From Sphyrna mokarran (lineage: Eukaryota), in the NCBI GenBank assembly GCA_024679065.1, contig JAGIQG010000017.1, positions 37,882,001-37,946,000 of the forward strand: a stretch of DNA of 64,000 bases. The letters are read 5' to 3'. A program made the translations under genes and the position numbers. Below the pieces are notes generated by a model, which saw only the letters and a list, made by a program, of their open reading frames with translations, had not been told where the DNA came from and searched no databases. Within the stretch, counting starts at the first letter, position 1. The number at the start of each line of letters is the position of its first letter. Below, one piece after another: positions 1 through 12,510 of this stretch.

Positions 1-70
1 GATGATGACCCAAGTCCAGAATTGAACCAGGTCCTTGGTGCTGCGAGGCAATAGTGCTAACCACTGATCC
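1..70 (-). mobile_element. HE1-type SINE, 5' head (cut by window edge)
   Basis: Reverse complement reads cagtggttagcactattgcctcgcagcaccaaggacctggttcaattc, a tRNA-derived A/B-box head shared with other copies. Confidence 0.8.
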
Positions 71-658
71 AATAATAATTCTCAGTATGCCATAGGAAAT
101 ATAAGATATGGCCTTTGTGTGACTTCATGAATTTTAAGCTTCATCCAAAATAGTAATTCAAGATGGCAGACAGTTAGGTTCAGAGGTCACCTTCATGTCA
201 TTATGGCACGTATGGAAAGGTTATCTGCTCATATTAAGCTTCCTTAAAATGTTACACAAAATAAATAAAACTTCTTTTTCAGCAGTTTTTGATACTCACT
301 TGTCCTGTAAATAGCAAATATTTCTTCAAAGGAAATAGGACTTCCCAAAATAATATGTGCTTCTGACATACTTGTATCACCATTAACATGCTGTTACCCG
401 TCTTTAAATTTATAACCCCTGACCGAAGAAAGCAGGAAAGTAAACAAAATATATTAAGGCAAATTTCATACAACAGCCAAGTTACATAGGCATAAGAAAA
501 ACCCATAAGAATGTCTGAGGCCCTGTTGCAATGCTGTATAACTTTCTTCAAATGGGATTTGAGTGCCATTTAAACAAACTGGAAGGAAGCCACAGTTGGA
601 ACAAAATCAGTTCCAGGTCCCTTTGATTCTTATCAAATTGCATGAAGTGATCCCATTT

Positions 659-935
659 GCACAGTGGCACGTGATTAGCACTGCTGGCTCACACTGCCAA
701 GGACCTGGGGTTTGATACCACCACCTGTCTGTGCCAGGTTATATATTCTCCATGTATCTTTGTGGGTTTCCTCCGAGTGTTCCAGTTTCTCCCACGATCC
801 AAAAGACATGCTGGTTGGATGCATTGGCCATGCTAAGTTCTCACTCAGTATATCCGAACAGATGCCAAAGTGTGGCAACCAGGGGATTTTCACAGTAACT
901 TCATTGCAATGCTAATGTAAACTTAAAACAAAACC
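659..935 (+). mobile_element. HE1-type SINE, alternative-tail subfamily
   Basis: tRNA-like head, core gggtttcctcc...cccacgatccaaaagac, tail ggggattttcacagtaacttcattgc. Confidence 0.85.
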
Positions 936-1087
936 TTTAATGCATGGAAAGTGATCACTGCATCTCTTTGATCTGAATGGATAGAGTGATGGCAACATTG
1001 CCCAACTGGCACTGAAAGGAGTTTCTTGGCTTGTTTAGGTGAAGATCAATTGAAGACATCAAATTACCCGATATTACAATTAGTATC

Positions 1088-1397
1088 AAAGAATCACACA
1101 GCGTAGAAGGAGACCAGTTGGTCCATTGAGTCTGCACCAACCACAATCCCACCAGGTCCTATCCCCATAACCTTGTGCATTTACCCTAGCTAGTCCCTCT
1201 GACACTAACAATGCAGCAATTTGGCATACCTGCACATCTTTGGACTGAGAGAGGAAACAGGAGCACCCAAAAGAAACTCATGCTAACACTGGGAGAAGAT
1301 GCAGACTCCGTATAGACAGTGACCCGAGCCAGAATCGAACCCGAGTCCTTGACACTGTGAGGCAGCAGTGCTAACCACTGTGCCACCGTGCTGCCCT
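1088..1397 (-). mobile_element. HE1-type SINE, full length, CR1/HER1-like tail
   Basis: Head gggcagcacggtggcacagtggttagcactgctgcc on the minus strand; tail gcagactcaatggacc...ccttctacgctgtgtgattct. Confidence 0.9.
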
Positions 1398-2017
1398 CAC
1401 TGTCAGTTCAGATCAGGAAGTAACAACCGTAGCTCAGAATTCCTACTGTTTGGTCGCTAGTCTCTGTTTATATAACCTAATCTACTGACTTATCCACACT
1501 GTTTGGTGATTACTTTATGACCAGTAATTATTGTTCTGCCAAAATGTAACTTGTAAATTTTTCCTTTCCTATAACTGAACATGTGCTGTATTTATAACTG
1601 TTGAATTTTAAAGGGAAATTTTGTTTGGGGAGAGTGTAGTTACAGTATAAAGTGCCCACATCCTTGATACTGCTTGGGTTTTACACACCATCCACTTCTT
1701 CAATAAATTTGGAAGCTGCCTATCTAGAAAAGTACAGACATGAGATTGAAAGTGAAAAACAACATCTGGTACAAGGGGAAAGAGACATTCTTGTTAAGGT
1801 TATCTGTCAGGTATCCTTACATTGTATAAGTTCCACATCAGTTGGGAGTTTCATATCACATTATTGGGCAATAACAGCTCTGGGGTATCCGCTCAGTAAG
1901 GAACATGAAATCCATTCTTTCCATCTCTCCATCACTGCCATAAAGCATTTGAACGAAAAAAAGTAAAAAGAGGAAACAGTGATGTTAGACTGCAAGTGAA
2001 TTGTTATTTTGACAATT

Positions 2018-2332
2018 AGAATCATAGAATCCCCACAGTGCAGAAGGAGGCCATTTGGCCTATTGAGCTAGCACCGATGACAATTCCACCCAGGTCCTAT
2101 CCCTGTAGCCCATATATTTTACCCTATCTAGTCCCCCTGACACTAATGGTCAATTTAGCATGGCCATTCAACCTGACCTGCACATCTTTGGACTGTAGGA
2201 AAAAACTGGAATATCTGGGGGAAACCCACACAGTCACAGAGAGAACTGCAAACTCCACATAGATAGTCAACTGAGGCCAGAATCGAATCCAGGTTCCTGG
2301 TGCTATGAGGCAGCAGTACTAACTACTGTGCC
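2018..2332 (-). mobile_element. HE1-type SINE, full length
   Basis: Same head, core and tail (agaatcatagaatccccacagtgcagaaggaggccatt on +). Confidence 0.9.
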
Positions 2333-3234
2333 TGTGAACATGAGCAATAATCTGTTAATGTTTTACTTTGAACTGATATTATTTAATGATATCCTCCCTA
2401 AATAGGAAACTGTGAACTAAATTGGAACTTGAGCAAGTCTGCATTGCACTGCACAGCCTGTTAGCTTCAAATGTTAGGTAGCTCTAATCACCAGGACTAT
2501 CATTTTCCAGTTGACATTCTGATTTTCTTTTGAGTTGTATCAAAAACTGGTTTACAGGTGCAGGTTTATTCTATGGAGATCAGTAACTGAACGCTGCGGC
2601 CACCTTCACATTAGCAGAATAATTAATTGGATCAGACATAAAGAATTGACTTCAATTGACCTTTATTCACTGTTCTCTTTTGAAAATGTACAAAAGACAC
2701 AGCCACGTGGATACTAATGATGTCACTATGCTCTCCCGAGGTGGTCTGCATTCCCGCCGAAACAGCAAGCTAATAAAGGCTTGACTAGACCTCGTGATTG
2801 ACCAAGCCAATCACAGTTATATTGTGCTGTCAGGATGTAGAAAGCATCTTTTCAGGAACACTTTTTTTTTAAGAAAAAAGTGCTGTTTCCTAATGTGTAA
2901 TCTTTCTAGTTTTTTTCTAATTGGCAATGCAACATGAGACAAAAACATTTCACACAACCCTCAGCTTAACACATAATGTGCAATGACTTAATTTCTGCAC
3001 TTAGTGCTCCCTCCTGGCTGGTTTGAAAATGGTGAGTATATTTTATGCACTCCTTTTAGTTAAAAAATTAAAGTCTTATGTACATCACCCTTGTCCATAG
3101 CAGGAAAAGTTAACAGTTGAATTTCAGGTTCTTTTGGAAAAGTTGTCCATTTTTCAGACTGTGTCCGCCTGCCTACTTGCAAATAAAAGATTCAGTGAAA
3201 CATTTCCAGGAAGAGGAGATAATCTTCTCCCCTA

Positions 3235-3692
3235 TGTCTCATCCTAACCAATATAATTAAAACTGCTTAATTAGTTATTTCTCCTCTTGCTGTTTGTGAG
3301 GCTTTGCTAGGCACAAATTGATTGCTGTATTTCCTACATCGCGATGTACAGATGCCGGCATTGGATTGGGGTGGTAAGAACTCAGTAAGAATTTAGCAAC
3401 ACCAATTTATAATCCAACCGATTTATTTGATAGTAAAAAAGCGAGCTTTCGACTCCTGTGTCTTCTTCAGGCAAATGCAGTGACCAGACCAGAACACTGC
3501 ATTTGCCTGAAGAAGACACAGGAGTCGAAAGCTCGCTTTTTTACTACCAAATAAATTGGTTGGATTATAAATTGGTGTTGCTAAATTCTTACTGAGTTCT
3601 TTCCTACATCGCAACATCCTACATTAATGGGCTTGCAGCATTTGGGTCCATCTCATGCTGGAGAGTTGAGATGTACATGCTAGTTCTTTCTT
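3235..3692 (+). mobile_element. Old Deu-domain SINE (SacSINE1-like) 3' remnant, split by the palindromic insertion
   Basis: ttgctgtttgtgaggctttgctaggcacaaattgattgctgtatttcctacat...ttctttcttt resembles the tails at 46230-46400 and 63040-63130. Confidence 0.6.
3343..3599. mobile_element. Palindromic Penelope-derived insertion with minimal hammerhead cores; TSD (t)ttcctacatcgc
   Basis: Arms 3376-3482 and 3495-3601 are 105/107 complementary; direct repeat at 3330-3342 and 3600-3612; CTGAAGA-a-GAC/GTC-GAAA at 3507-3530. Confidence 0.85.
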
Positions 3693-5215
3693 TAAGCTAA
3701 ATACAACCATATTAAAAGACCAGAAAGGGAATTTCCACAGTCCTTGCTATTTTCTGCCTTCAAAAAGTTAAATAAATTACAGTGATACCAGGCCTCATTT
3801 ATTGGATTGTGCATTGAAGTTGCAGTAAATGTATCTTCAATCGTTTTATTTGCTCGTTATCTTTATTTTACTTTGTTCAAACTTTTTTGTATTATTAATA
3901 GCATGCTAAAGAGGAAATCTTAGCTGGAAGCTAAAATTAGCACATTTTTAAACAAAACAAACAAAGTTTGGACTGAGTTCAAGTTGTATCAGAATGTTAA
4001 ATAGGCTGTTGCCTTTTGGATGTGATGATTAATACATGATCAGTTCAGGAGAAAAAAATCCAACAGCTTTTCCAACAGCAAACCACTTCTTTTCATTCAT
4101 TTTGGTGGAATTTTTTGACACTTGCAATTCCTTCCTGCCACTAACCTTGCTACTGGAAAGATTCATTGGAGGTTAATTAAATCCATCGTCAAAACAACGA
4201 GAAGCCAATGAGGCATATAATCACTGAAATAGTAAATTAAATGATGCAATTGTTTTCCCTTCCATCATTCAACGGGAGGGCAGGAGCTGTGTTATCAATG
4301 CAGCTGACTGTATTCTTTCACAACTGGCGATAGGAGCTCCCAGCCCCCAGAGAATCTGGATGCATGTGGTCATAAACCAGATTTTAATTTGCACAAACAG
4401 AGGGGATTAAACTGTATCAGCTCCGGGGTACTACAAAGCTTCATTATCTGGGAAGATGACACTGTTAAAGAATAAAAGAGAGGTTATTCCCAGCTGGAAT
4501 TAACAGCACCACCTATTTGAGATGTAAATTAATACAAACAGGGTAACTGAGTGGAACAGAAAAGCCAGGACTTTGATCTAATTTGCCAAAGCACTGAGCA
4601 TAATTAAAACATACGCGGACTGAATGCAGTTATCTTGCATTTTTAATAGGCCGTAGCATCATTAATGTAATTAATAATAACATGTTTAGAAGTAGCTGCT
4701 GCTGTCAGTGCGAGCATGTGTCTGGATCGCAGCAACTGGCAGCTGTGGGTTTCAGCTGGCATGGTTTGACATGGGGAGACGTTGGTACCAGTAGCGCTCG
4801 TCACTGATCGGGGAGCCTGGCGCTGGATGCTGCCACACCTGCCATTCATCACACAGTCGACACTGATGATGATTGATGGGGGTTTGGAAGCTCGGAGCTT
4901 TTCTTGCCAGGGACTGGCTGCGACTCTTACGGAGTCACCAGCTGTGCCTTGTTGCCAGGCTTTTTGGAGAAGAGACTCATTTCTCTCGAGCTTTATCTTA
5001 ATCAGGCTGTCATATTCTCAAAATTAATTAAGACTTTGTAAAAGGAGTTAGTGAGCCAGCTCTATTTTGAATGTTCATCACAACTTTTTTTTAAAAAAAG
5101 AGCAGGGAAGACAATTGAAGACGTGGTATTGTAGATGACCGTGTTGGTTTGGCTAGCACACGGCAAAAATCACTTATCTTCTGATGAGTCACAAGTACAA
5201 TTATCAAGAATCATT

Positions 5216-5253
5216 TTTATATATATGTATATAAAAATATGTGTGTGTGTGTG
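5216..5253. repeat. Short (TA)n/(TG)n microsatellite
   Basis: tatatatatgtatataaaaatatgtgtgtgtgtgtg. Confidence 0.8.
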
Positions 5254-8200
5254 ACCATACGGCCTGGCACTTTAACACTGTATTATCAACTCAATGTGAT
5301 CCTGTTATTGTGAGTAGATCATATAATGAAATCCTTCAGAAATTGCAAGAGACAAGTGTTGCAGGTATGTTATGTAGTGCAGTGAGAGTACATTGACAGC
5401 CTGTTATCTTCCTGCTGCTGATTTACCTGCCACTTGTTTGATAATTTAGAATTCCCCTTTTCCTCTTCTTTCAGACAAAAGCAAATAACTTCACATCCCT
5501 TTCCTCCCAAAAAAACTTAAAGCAGCGAAATAAATATTGTGCCACATATTCCCAAAGTTTATCCAGGCAATGTATTTTTATCCAGAGGTAAAATTAATCA
5601 AGACCTCAAACAGTTCAATCTTTAAGCAGTGAGCAGGTATTAATTATGGTTTGGTGTCAGTCTATTACTGGTCAAGTGCAGCTTATTGCTGTGCTAATTG
5701 ATCCTTTTTAAAGGATAATGGTTACTCAAAAGCCCTGCATTGTGCTAATTGATTCTTCTGACAATAACTGCTGTTCTGTGGAAATACATGACCTCTAGTT
5801 CAGTTTGCTTATCCTTCCTCAGATTTATCTCTGTTAAGATTTTTTTTTATTTTGTTTGTTTTTTTTCCACTGGAATTCCTAATCTCAAAAACATGCTGCT
5901 TTCTGCTTGTCCAGTCCGTTGGTTTAACTAACATCTGTTTCCAGATGAAATCGGGTGGGCTTCTGGCTGTATCCATCCTCGGAGCCCTCTTCTTATCCCG
6001 CACCATTGTTCCCAATTTCATGCTATCAGAGAGACCGCATGTTTTCCTCAGCCAAGTTGTCAGAGGCATAAAAGCCGGGGAACAGGGTCACAGTTAGAGG
6101 GGTGGGCATGAAAAATTGGTAAAATGTATCAGAAGCCCACCCACCGGATGGTTGCTTAGAGCAGCTCGGATTTAGATTGAACAATCCCAGTTTTTAAAAT
6201 TCATTTTCTAGGTACATGCCGCAAATTTAAACTGCCAGCCTACTGGCGTAAGAATAATAGCTGACAGAACTGTCTTTCCTTTTGAAATGTTTGATCAAAA
6301 TGTTGTAAGAAAATAAGAGCCCCAGCACTTGAATGAATTTGTGTTCAGTGTGCACTCTTTTCTTTCCCAATCTCAGTATTTCCTGCAGTTATGACCCAAA
6401 TTCAATTGATTTCAAGTAAATTAGTGATGTGATCATTTTATCCAAAGTTGAATTGAGCTTATGTTATTGACCCTTTTAGCTAAGTTTAAAAAAAGAAACA
6501 CTTTTGAAGGTCTTTACTTCACTTCCCAATGTCCAACACTGGTGCATTTTTTTAGACATTCTGAACTATCCGACAGTGGCATTTTCTAAAAAAAGATTCT
6601 GAATGATTGGAAGCAATGTCGCCTCCAGAATGGAGTACGCCAGTTTGACAAACATTCTCATGCATTGCCAAATATACCCTGCTAATGAACATCCGAATTC
6701 ATGCATTGCTGAAAACTTTTTTTTTCAAAAAAGTGTTCTTGGCATCATTAGAATTTCTTTTTTGAGGCAAAATTGGGAGCGCCGCTCTGCTGAAGAAATG
6801 GAGAGCTTTATCCTTCACTTCATAGACGTGTCATGCATTTTGTATGTTAAACAGTCTCATGGACATCTGTCATGATTGGTTTTAATCTGCTAGCTAAAAG
6901 TCTGGATTTAATCTTGCATTACACCTCTTTGTACTGCAGTCAGTAAGTGACAGTACTGCCATGAAACAATGACTGTACTCATTCCATCCAATATGCCATG
7001 TGGTAAACCCTTTTTCTGGACCAGTTCTTTAGAAAAGAATACAAGACAATGAAGCATCTGGTGGGCTTTTCCTGTTTCTAAGTTTTTTTGTTCGTAATTC
7101 TACTCAGCCAGGCCGCACATTTCTCCCTTGATGCTACTCACCGAGACAGGGTGTGTCAACCGAGTGGTGAGAGGTCAACAGGCCAAAGTGATGAATTTTT
7201 ATGCTGCTGTTTCTTGTGTTTCTGCTCAGTCACAATTTTCTGCTTGCTGTGCTCATACTGAAAGGAATCACAGTGAGCAATTTGTCCTTCTGAGCGGGGA
7301 ATTGGACGGCAGATGAGTTAAAAAGTGGAAATCACATTGAGCAGAAGAATACACAAATGTCTTCCTGTGGAGAAATAGAATGCTGCTGTCAGAGCTTAAC
7401 ATAAGAAGTACATTGGAGATTTGTGGTCTTCAGTCATATAGGATTGACAAATGAATTTATTGGCACTTTTTCAATATTGAAAAGGAATAGACGTTAGAGT
7501 GGTTTTGGAAATGCATTCCAGATGTTCGGCTGAAGGAAAGCATCACAGTATTAATGTCTCAACTACAGAACATTGCTCATTCATTCAAATCATTATGCCT
7601 TCCTAATGTGGACTAGTAGAAATCTAATAGTTAGTCTCTTATGTAAGATTTTCTTTGCTGCAGCAATCCTTTAAAAATATTGAGACTGGCTTGTAGTGAA
7701 TTTGCAGAGAGGAGCTGCAGTCAGTCTATGATCTATCTTTCTGTGCAACCAGCCATTTGCCCTTGATCTCATATGGGTTTTTAAGTTTTCAAGTGGTCAT
7801 TCTTCAACCTCTCTGCATTTCAATGCCTCCTTGAATGTTCTTGATTCCGTGATTAAACATATTATTCTAGAAATAAATTAAGTCACTGGTATGGCTCCAT
7901 GCACTGTTCATTTTTTCTGGTTAATCTGGAGTCCTCATTGATCTCCTAAAGGTTGGAGGTTCATTATACACTTCAATAATGGTTAAAGTATATTTTTGCT
8001 GCAATTCTGTCTTCACCTACTCTGTAACAAATTTAAACCCAAAGTGCGAGTTATTTTAAAATCACTTTTGTATACAGAAACATTGTTTACACAACAAATT
8101 ATGAGAGTCTCTTTCTCAGGGTAACAATACACTTTATATTCCAAAACTAAATTAGGCAGTTTTTAAAAAATTTAAATTGACCTACATAAATATGTTCCTT

Positions 8201-10160
8201 AGAATTTAAAATACATTAACAATGAGCCAACATAATTTTTAAATATAGAGAAAAACACAAGCATCGTGTTGTACATTTTCCAAGATGTCCCTGTTTATAT
8301 CAGCACACTTGGGACGCACTTGTTTTATTAGCCCCTTTAGAAAATCACTCCTAAATGAAATGAGTATATAAACATCCTGTGTAATTACCAGCCACAATCT
8401 CTTTTAGTACGGATACCATAAAACACTTGATAAAACCAGTGCTGCAGAGAGGTACACTAGTTGTGATTAAGCCAGCCTCTAACACTAAAATCTTTTGTAG
8501 TTCTGATCTCTGTTTAATAATCCAGTATTAGGAAGTCAGCTAATGTAGACTTGGAAAGGGGAAACCGGCTGTAAATGGAAATGAAGCCAGCCTGAGATGG
8601 TTTTTGAATTTAGTTAGCTTCGAAGGCATGAGAGGAATGGATTATTTATTTTGATCAGCAGTGCAGCAGATTTTTGTGAATCGGAGAAGCGTTAAATCAG
8701 TTTGATAGCGTGGCACTCCAGCTTCTCAGAAGATGCTTTAAAATCATGACTTTGTTGAATTGTGCCCGCTTGGAGGTTGGTACAATGACTTTTGACAGTG
8801 ACAGTAACTCTGCCTTGTCCTTTGCAATCCGTTTTACCCATTCACTTAGGAAAGCAGCTTAAGCGCACTTAAGTGCATTAGCATTTGGATGCTTGGACCA
8901 TATTGACCCTTGATTGGAAAGTTTAAATGACTGAAAGATGGACCGATTTGTTAGGGCTTTAGAAAGCTAGAGGTTTCTGCTTTGGTTTGTTCTGGTACTT
9001 GTTCTGATGTGGTGCAGCATTTAAAGGCGACCAGGCTGATTTGTGACATACGAGTCTAAAGGGCTCTTTGGCTTGATGTGATTAACTAATCTGTGCTTTG
9101 AATTTAAAACTCTGAGCCAGTTGTGTTCAGTATGGGAACCAGCTCTTCTGTGGATTATGTCATTCAAACACAGATGGTACACTGTTCCCTGACCAAAAGG
9201 GGAGAAAAAAGGGCAGAGAGGAATGATTTGGTCTGAGTATTCGGTGGTGTGTGGCCGGATGATTTTTGCATACTAAGATTTTGAAAAACATTGTGCAGCC
9301 CATTGATTAAATATTGATGTATTTTAATGGCTTCAGCACACACTGGCGGTATTTGATTTTTGTTCATATTTTAGTGGTTTATCAACTTGACAGTGCAATG
9401 AACAAGTTGTCTAGCAGCAGTTTAGGTGACAGGAAATTGTCCATTATTCATGCTGTTGCCTGGCCATAATTGAGCCAGTAGGTAGCCATTAGTATTTACT
9501 GTACTCAATTATTACCATGTTCTGTCCTTCACCAGAGCCTTTGATATAAATTCCTATAGCTTCATCATGAATGAAGCTTTCTCATTTAACCACCCCATGT
9601 GTACCATTTGATTACGTATTTTTAGATCTATATAGAGAAACCTAAAGTTTTATTGTAAGACATGACACTTATTTGCATCCAATCTGTTGTTCTGAAAAGA
9701 TGGAAAAAAATAGACTCATTTCTCTGTGAATTCACTACATCCCAGCCTGGATATCATTAAAGAAAAGCTTTAGCAAAGAAATTCTTATTGAAGATATTAA
9801 TTGGTAGATTTGTACTGGTTCACATATGAAGGCACAATGATTTGCATGACTTAACTATGTTCTAGGTTCTAACCACATTCTTATGAAGAACATTATTTAT
9901 AAAAAAGACATTAAGAGTGAACAGAAATTATTAGGGATGTAATACAATTATTGGTGTTATTTATAGAAATAATTGATTATGCATACAGTTCAAGTCTTCT
10001 CACATTATTTTAAGAAACTAGATAATTCCAATCACCCATTTGACACAGACTGGCAAAGCTGAATAGTAGTCATGGAGGAGAGTTCAGTCTTCCCATAACA
10101 AGAGGAGACTGTAAATCCTCTGAGATTGTCAGAGTCTTTGAAATTCCACCTAAGTAAGAT

Positions 10161-10296
10161 AAAGGCAAAAATATGCAGATGCTGGAATCTGAAGCAAAAA
10201 CAGAAAATGCTGGAAATCTCAGCAAATCTGACAGCATCGATGGGGAGAGAAATAGAGCCGACGTTTTGAATCAGCATGACCCTTCGTCAGAGCTGA
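10161..10296 (-). mobile_element. Penelope-like terminal fragment with degenerate minimal hammerhead (10256-10294)
   Basis: Minus strand: agct CTGACGA a gggtca tgc tgattc AAAA cgtc ggct, followed by the recurrent cagcattttctgttttt...cagcatctgc tail. Confidence 0.75.
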
Positions 10297-11398
10297 AAGT
10301 TTGTCATTTGCACATGTGTACGGTATCTGTGGAGGAAGTACAGTTTAGCAGTTGCTGAGATAATAGTTGCATATTATTGTCTCACTGAGACGTGGTAATT
10401 GTGTAGCACTGATTTCTGCACAGACATGGGACTTGATGAATTTCTTCCACATTGTGTATAAACAGAGTGACTTTTCCCTTGCACAAAACAGAGAAATTCC
10501 CAAAGTATTGTTATAATCTTGGTAGAGAGCAGTAGCGTGTCTATGTTTTTAATAGAATCTGAAAACCTAGCTATTTGCTAGAAGAATGAAACCACATGGT
10601 TCATGGTTTAAATCACAAGAATTTTGCAAAACATTCACACTGACAGTATTTTAAATAGTTGGTTGTATTAAAGAAAGTACAATAAATGGTTTGGGTGAGT
10701 GCAGGGTTGGGGCGGGGGGGTAACTCTCTGCCCTGTCAGTCAGAAATCCCAATGCCCCATCGGATAGGGTGTTGGCAAGAAATCGGGATTCCTGCCAGGC
10801 CTGAAGGGAATTGGGATTTACCCGACCCACCTCGCCAGCCCCTAATTGGGTTCCCACCCATATCTCTGCGTACCTCACTCACTTTCTCTTTGTCTTCCCA
10901 ACTTGGCTATTGGTTATCCCAGAAGTCTAACTCACTGTTGCGTATTCTTCACTTAATAATAAGAGATTTAAAATATTGTAGCCAGAACATGGAATTTCAA
11001 ATGCACTGTGCTGGGAGGAGATGTACTAAGCTCTGCAGCCAGGTTATTCCAGAACTACAAACCTTACTGGAGGCTCACCCACGACCTTCTCACCCTTATA
11101 ATTAACTTCATATTGACCTTTTTCTATTCTGTTATTTATTGTCCATGGAACCTGGTCACATGATCATTTCTGGGAAGCCAGATGCTTTATCAGAAATAAA
11201 ATCTAAATAAAAGCAAAATACTGTGGATGGTGAAAATCTGAAATAAAATCAGAAACCAACAAAGACTATCAGCAACATATAATATAGGACACAGTGCTCC
11301 CAAAAAATATCTAAATCAGGTCTCCGGAGGGAAAGGTTGTATGATTCCTATTGAACAGCTTGGGATAATTTAGATCATGGCAATGTAATTCAGATCAA

Positions 11399-11675
11399 GG
11401 TGGCACAGGTCAGGGACCTGGGTTCAATTTCCAGGCTTGGATCACTATCTGTGGAGAGTCTGCACATTTTCTCCATGTCTGGATGGGTTTCCTCTGGGTG
11501 CTCTGGTCTCCTCCCACAGTCCGAAAGATGTGCTGGTTAGATGCATTGGCCACGCTAAATTCTCCTTCAGTGGACCCGAACAGGCACCAGAGTGTGATGA
11601 CTAGGGGATTTTCATAGTAACTTCATTGCCATGTTAATGTAAGCCTACTTGTGACATTAATAAATAAACTTTAAA
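11399..11675 (+). mobile_element. HE1-type SINE, alternative-tail subfamily
   Basis: Head/core plus tail cccgaacaggcaccagagtgtgatgactaggggattttcatagtaacttcattg...aataaataaacttt. Confidence 0.9.
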
Positions 11676-12183
11676 CCTATCCACACTTGGATAATATTTT
11701 GAAAGTTGTGGTGATTTGCGCCATGAAAGGGATTTGTGGGAAATATGCTGATAAGACCAGCTCCGAGAAGGTCAGGGAGAACAGCCAGCATAGCTTTTCT
11801 CCCCCCCCAAAAAAATGGACCATTATAACATATTAAATAATTTATATTCTGGCTCACCAAACTGAAATAAAAATGTCCTTAAACCTTTGTGAGATGATTT
11901 GAACTCGAATGTTTGCAGCTGAATCAACAAATGTATTTTTGCCACTGAATTTAAACTTGAGAACTTCAAGTGGAACTATTGCTTTTCCAATTTACTTTTA
12001 AAAGAGATCATTTGGCAGTACAGTAAAATTAAAAGCCTGTGCAGTCAATGCTTAATTAATATTTTATTGCATTAGTTTTGGTCACTCTTATGATAAACTT
12101 TGGACATGTAGCAAGAAGTCGAAGCATGTCTAATATTTATTTGCTGCACTTCCTTTACCAACTCTTTGTTTTATTGTTTGTAG

Positions 12184-12279
12184 TCACTCTGTGCATCCGC
12201 AACAATGCAGACTATTCGAGCGGCAGACACCAATCAAATTAACAAGTTAATTTTCCGTGAATCAAAAAATGACCGAAAG
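12184..12279 (+). CDS. INPP5A: INPP5A internal coding exon (96 nt, phase 0-0; approx. human exon 10)
   Basis: Acceptor ttgtttgtag and donor AAG|gtaagt. Translates SLCASATMQTIRAADTNQINKLIFRESKNDRK, matching recalled human INPP5A ...ATMQTVRAADTNEVVKLIFRESDNDRK. Confidence 0.96.
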
Positions 12280-12371
12280 GTAAGTCTTAACGTGCGGTGG
12301 AATTACTCATTGTGTGTCCTCGTCTATGTGATTTGGAAACTGAATTTTAGTGTTTTTCATCTTTACAAAAG

Positions 12372-12446
12372 GTGGTCCTTCAACTAGAAAAGAAGCTTTT
12401 CGATTACTTTAACCAAGATGTATTTCGACAAAACAATGGAGTTGAG
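12372..12446 (+). CDS. INPP5A: INPP5A internal coding exon (75 nt, phase 0-0; approx. human exon 11)
   Basis: Follows a 92-nt intron; acceptor acaaaag, donor GAG|gtgagt. Translates VVLQLEKKLFDYFNQDVFRQNNGVE (human VMLQLEKKLFDYFNQEVFRDNNGTA). Confidence 0.96.
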
Positions 12447-12510
12447 GTGAGTATTCCCTCTTCCAGTGTGTATTACAGTATTGTTAGTTCTACACGTTTC
12501 CACAAAAAAA

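Noticed and set aside
1340-1397. tRNA genes at SINE heads
   Set aside because: A/B-box-like motifs only; they run into the SINE core and form no complete cloverleaf.
4862-4960. TGATGA as the C box of a C/D snoRNA
   Set aside because: No D box (CTGA) with a terminal stem at a suitable distance.
12205-12387. 60-aa ORF as a stand-alone gene
   Set aside because: It is an INPP5A exon read through its splice donor into the intron.
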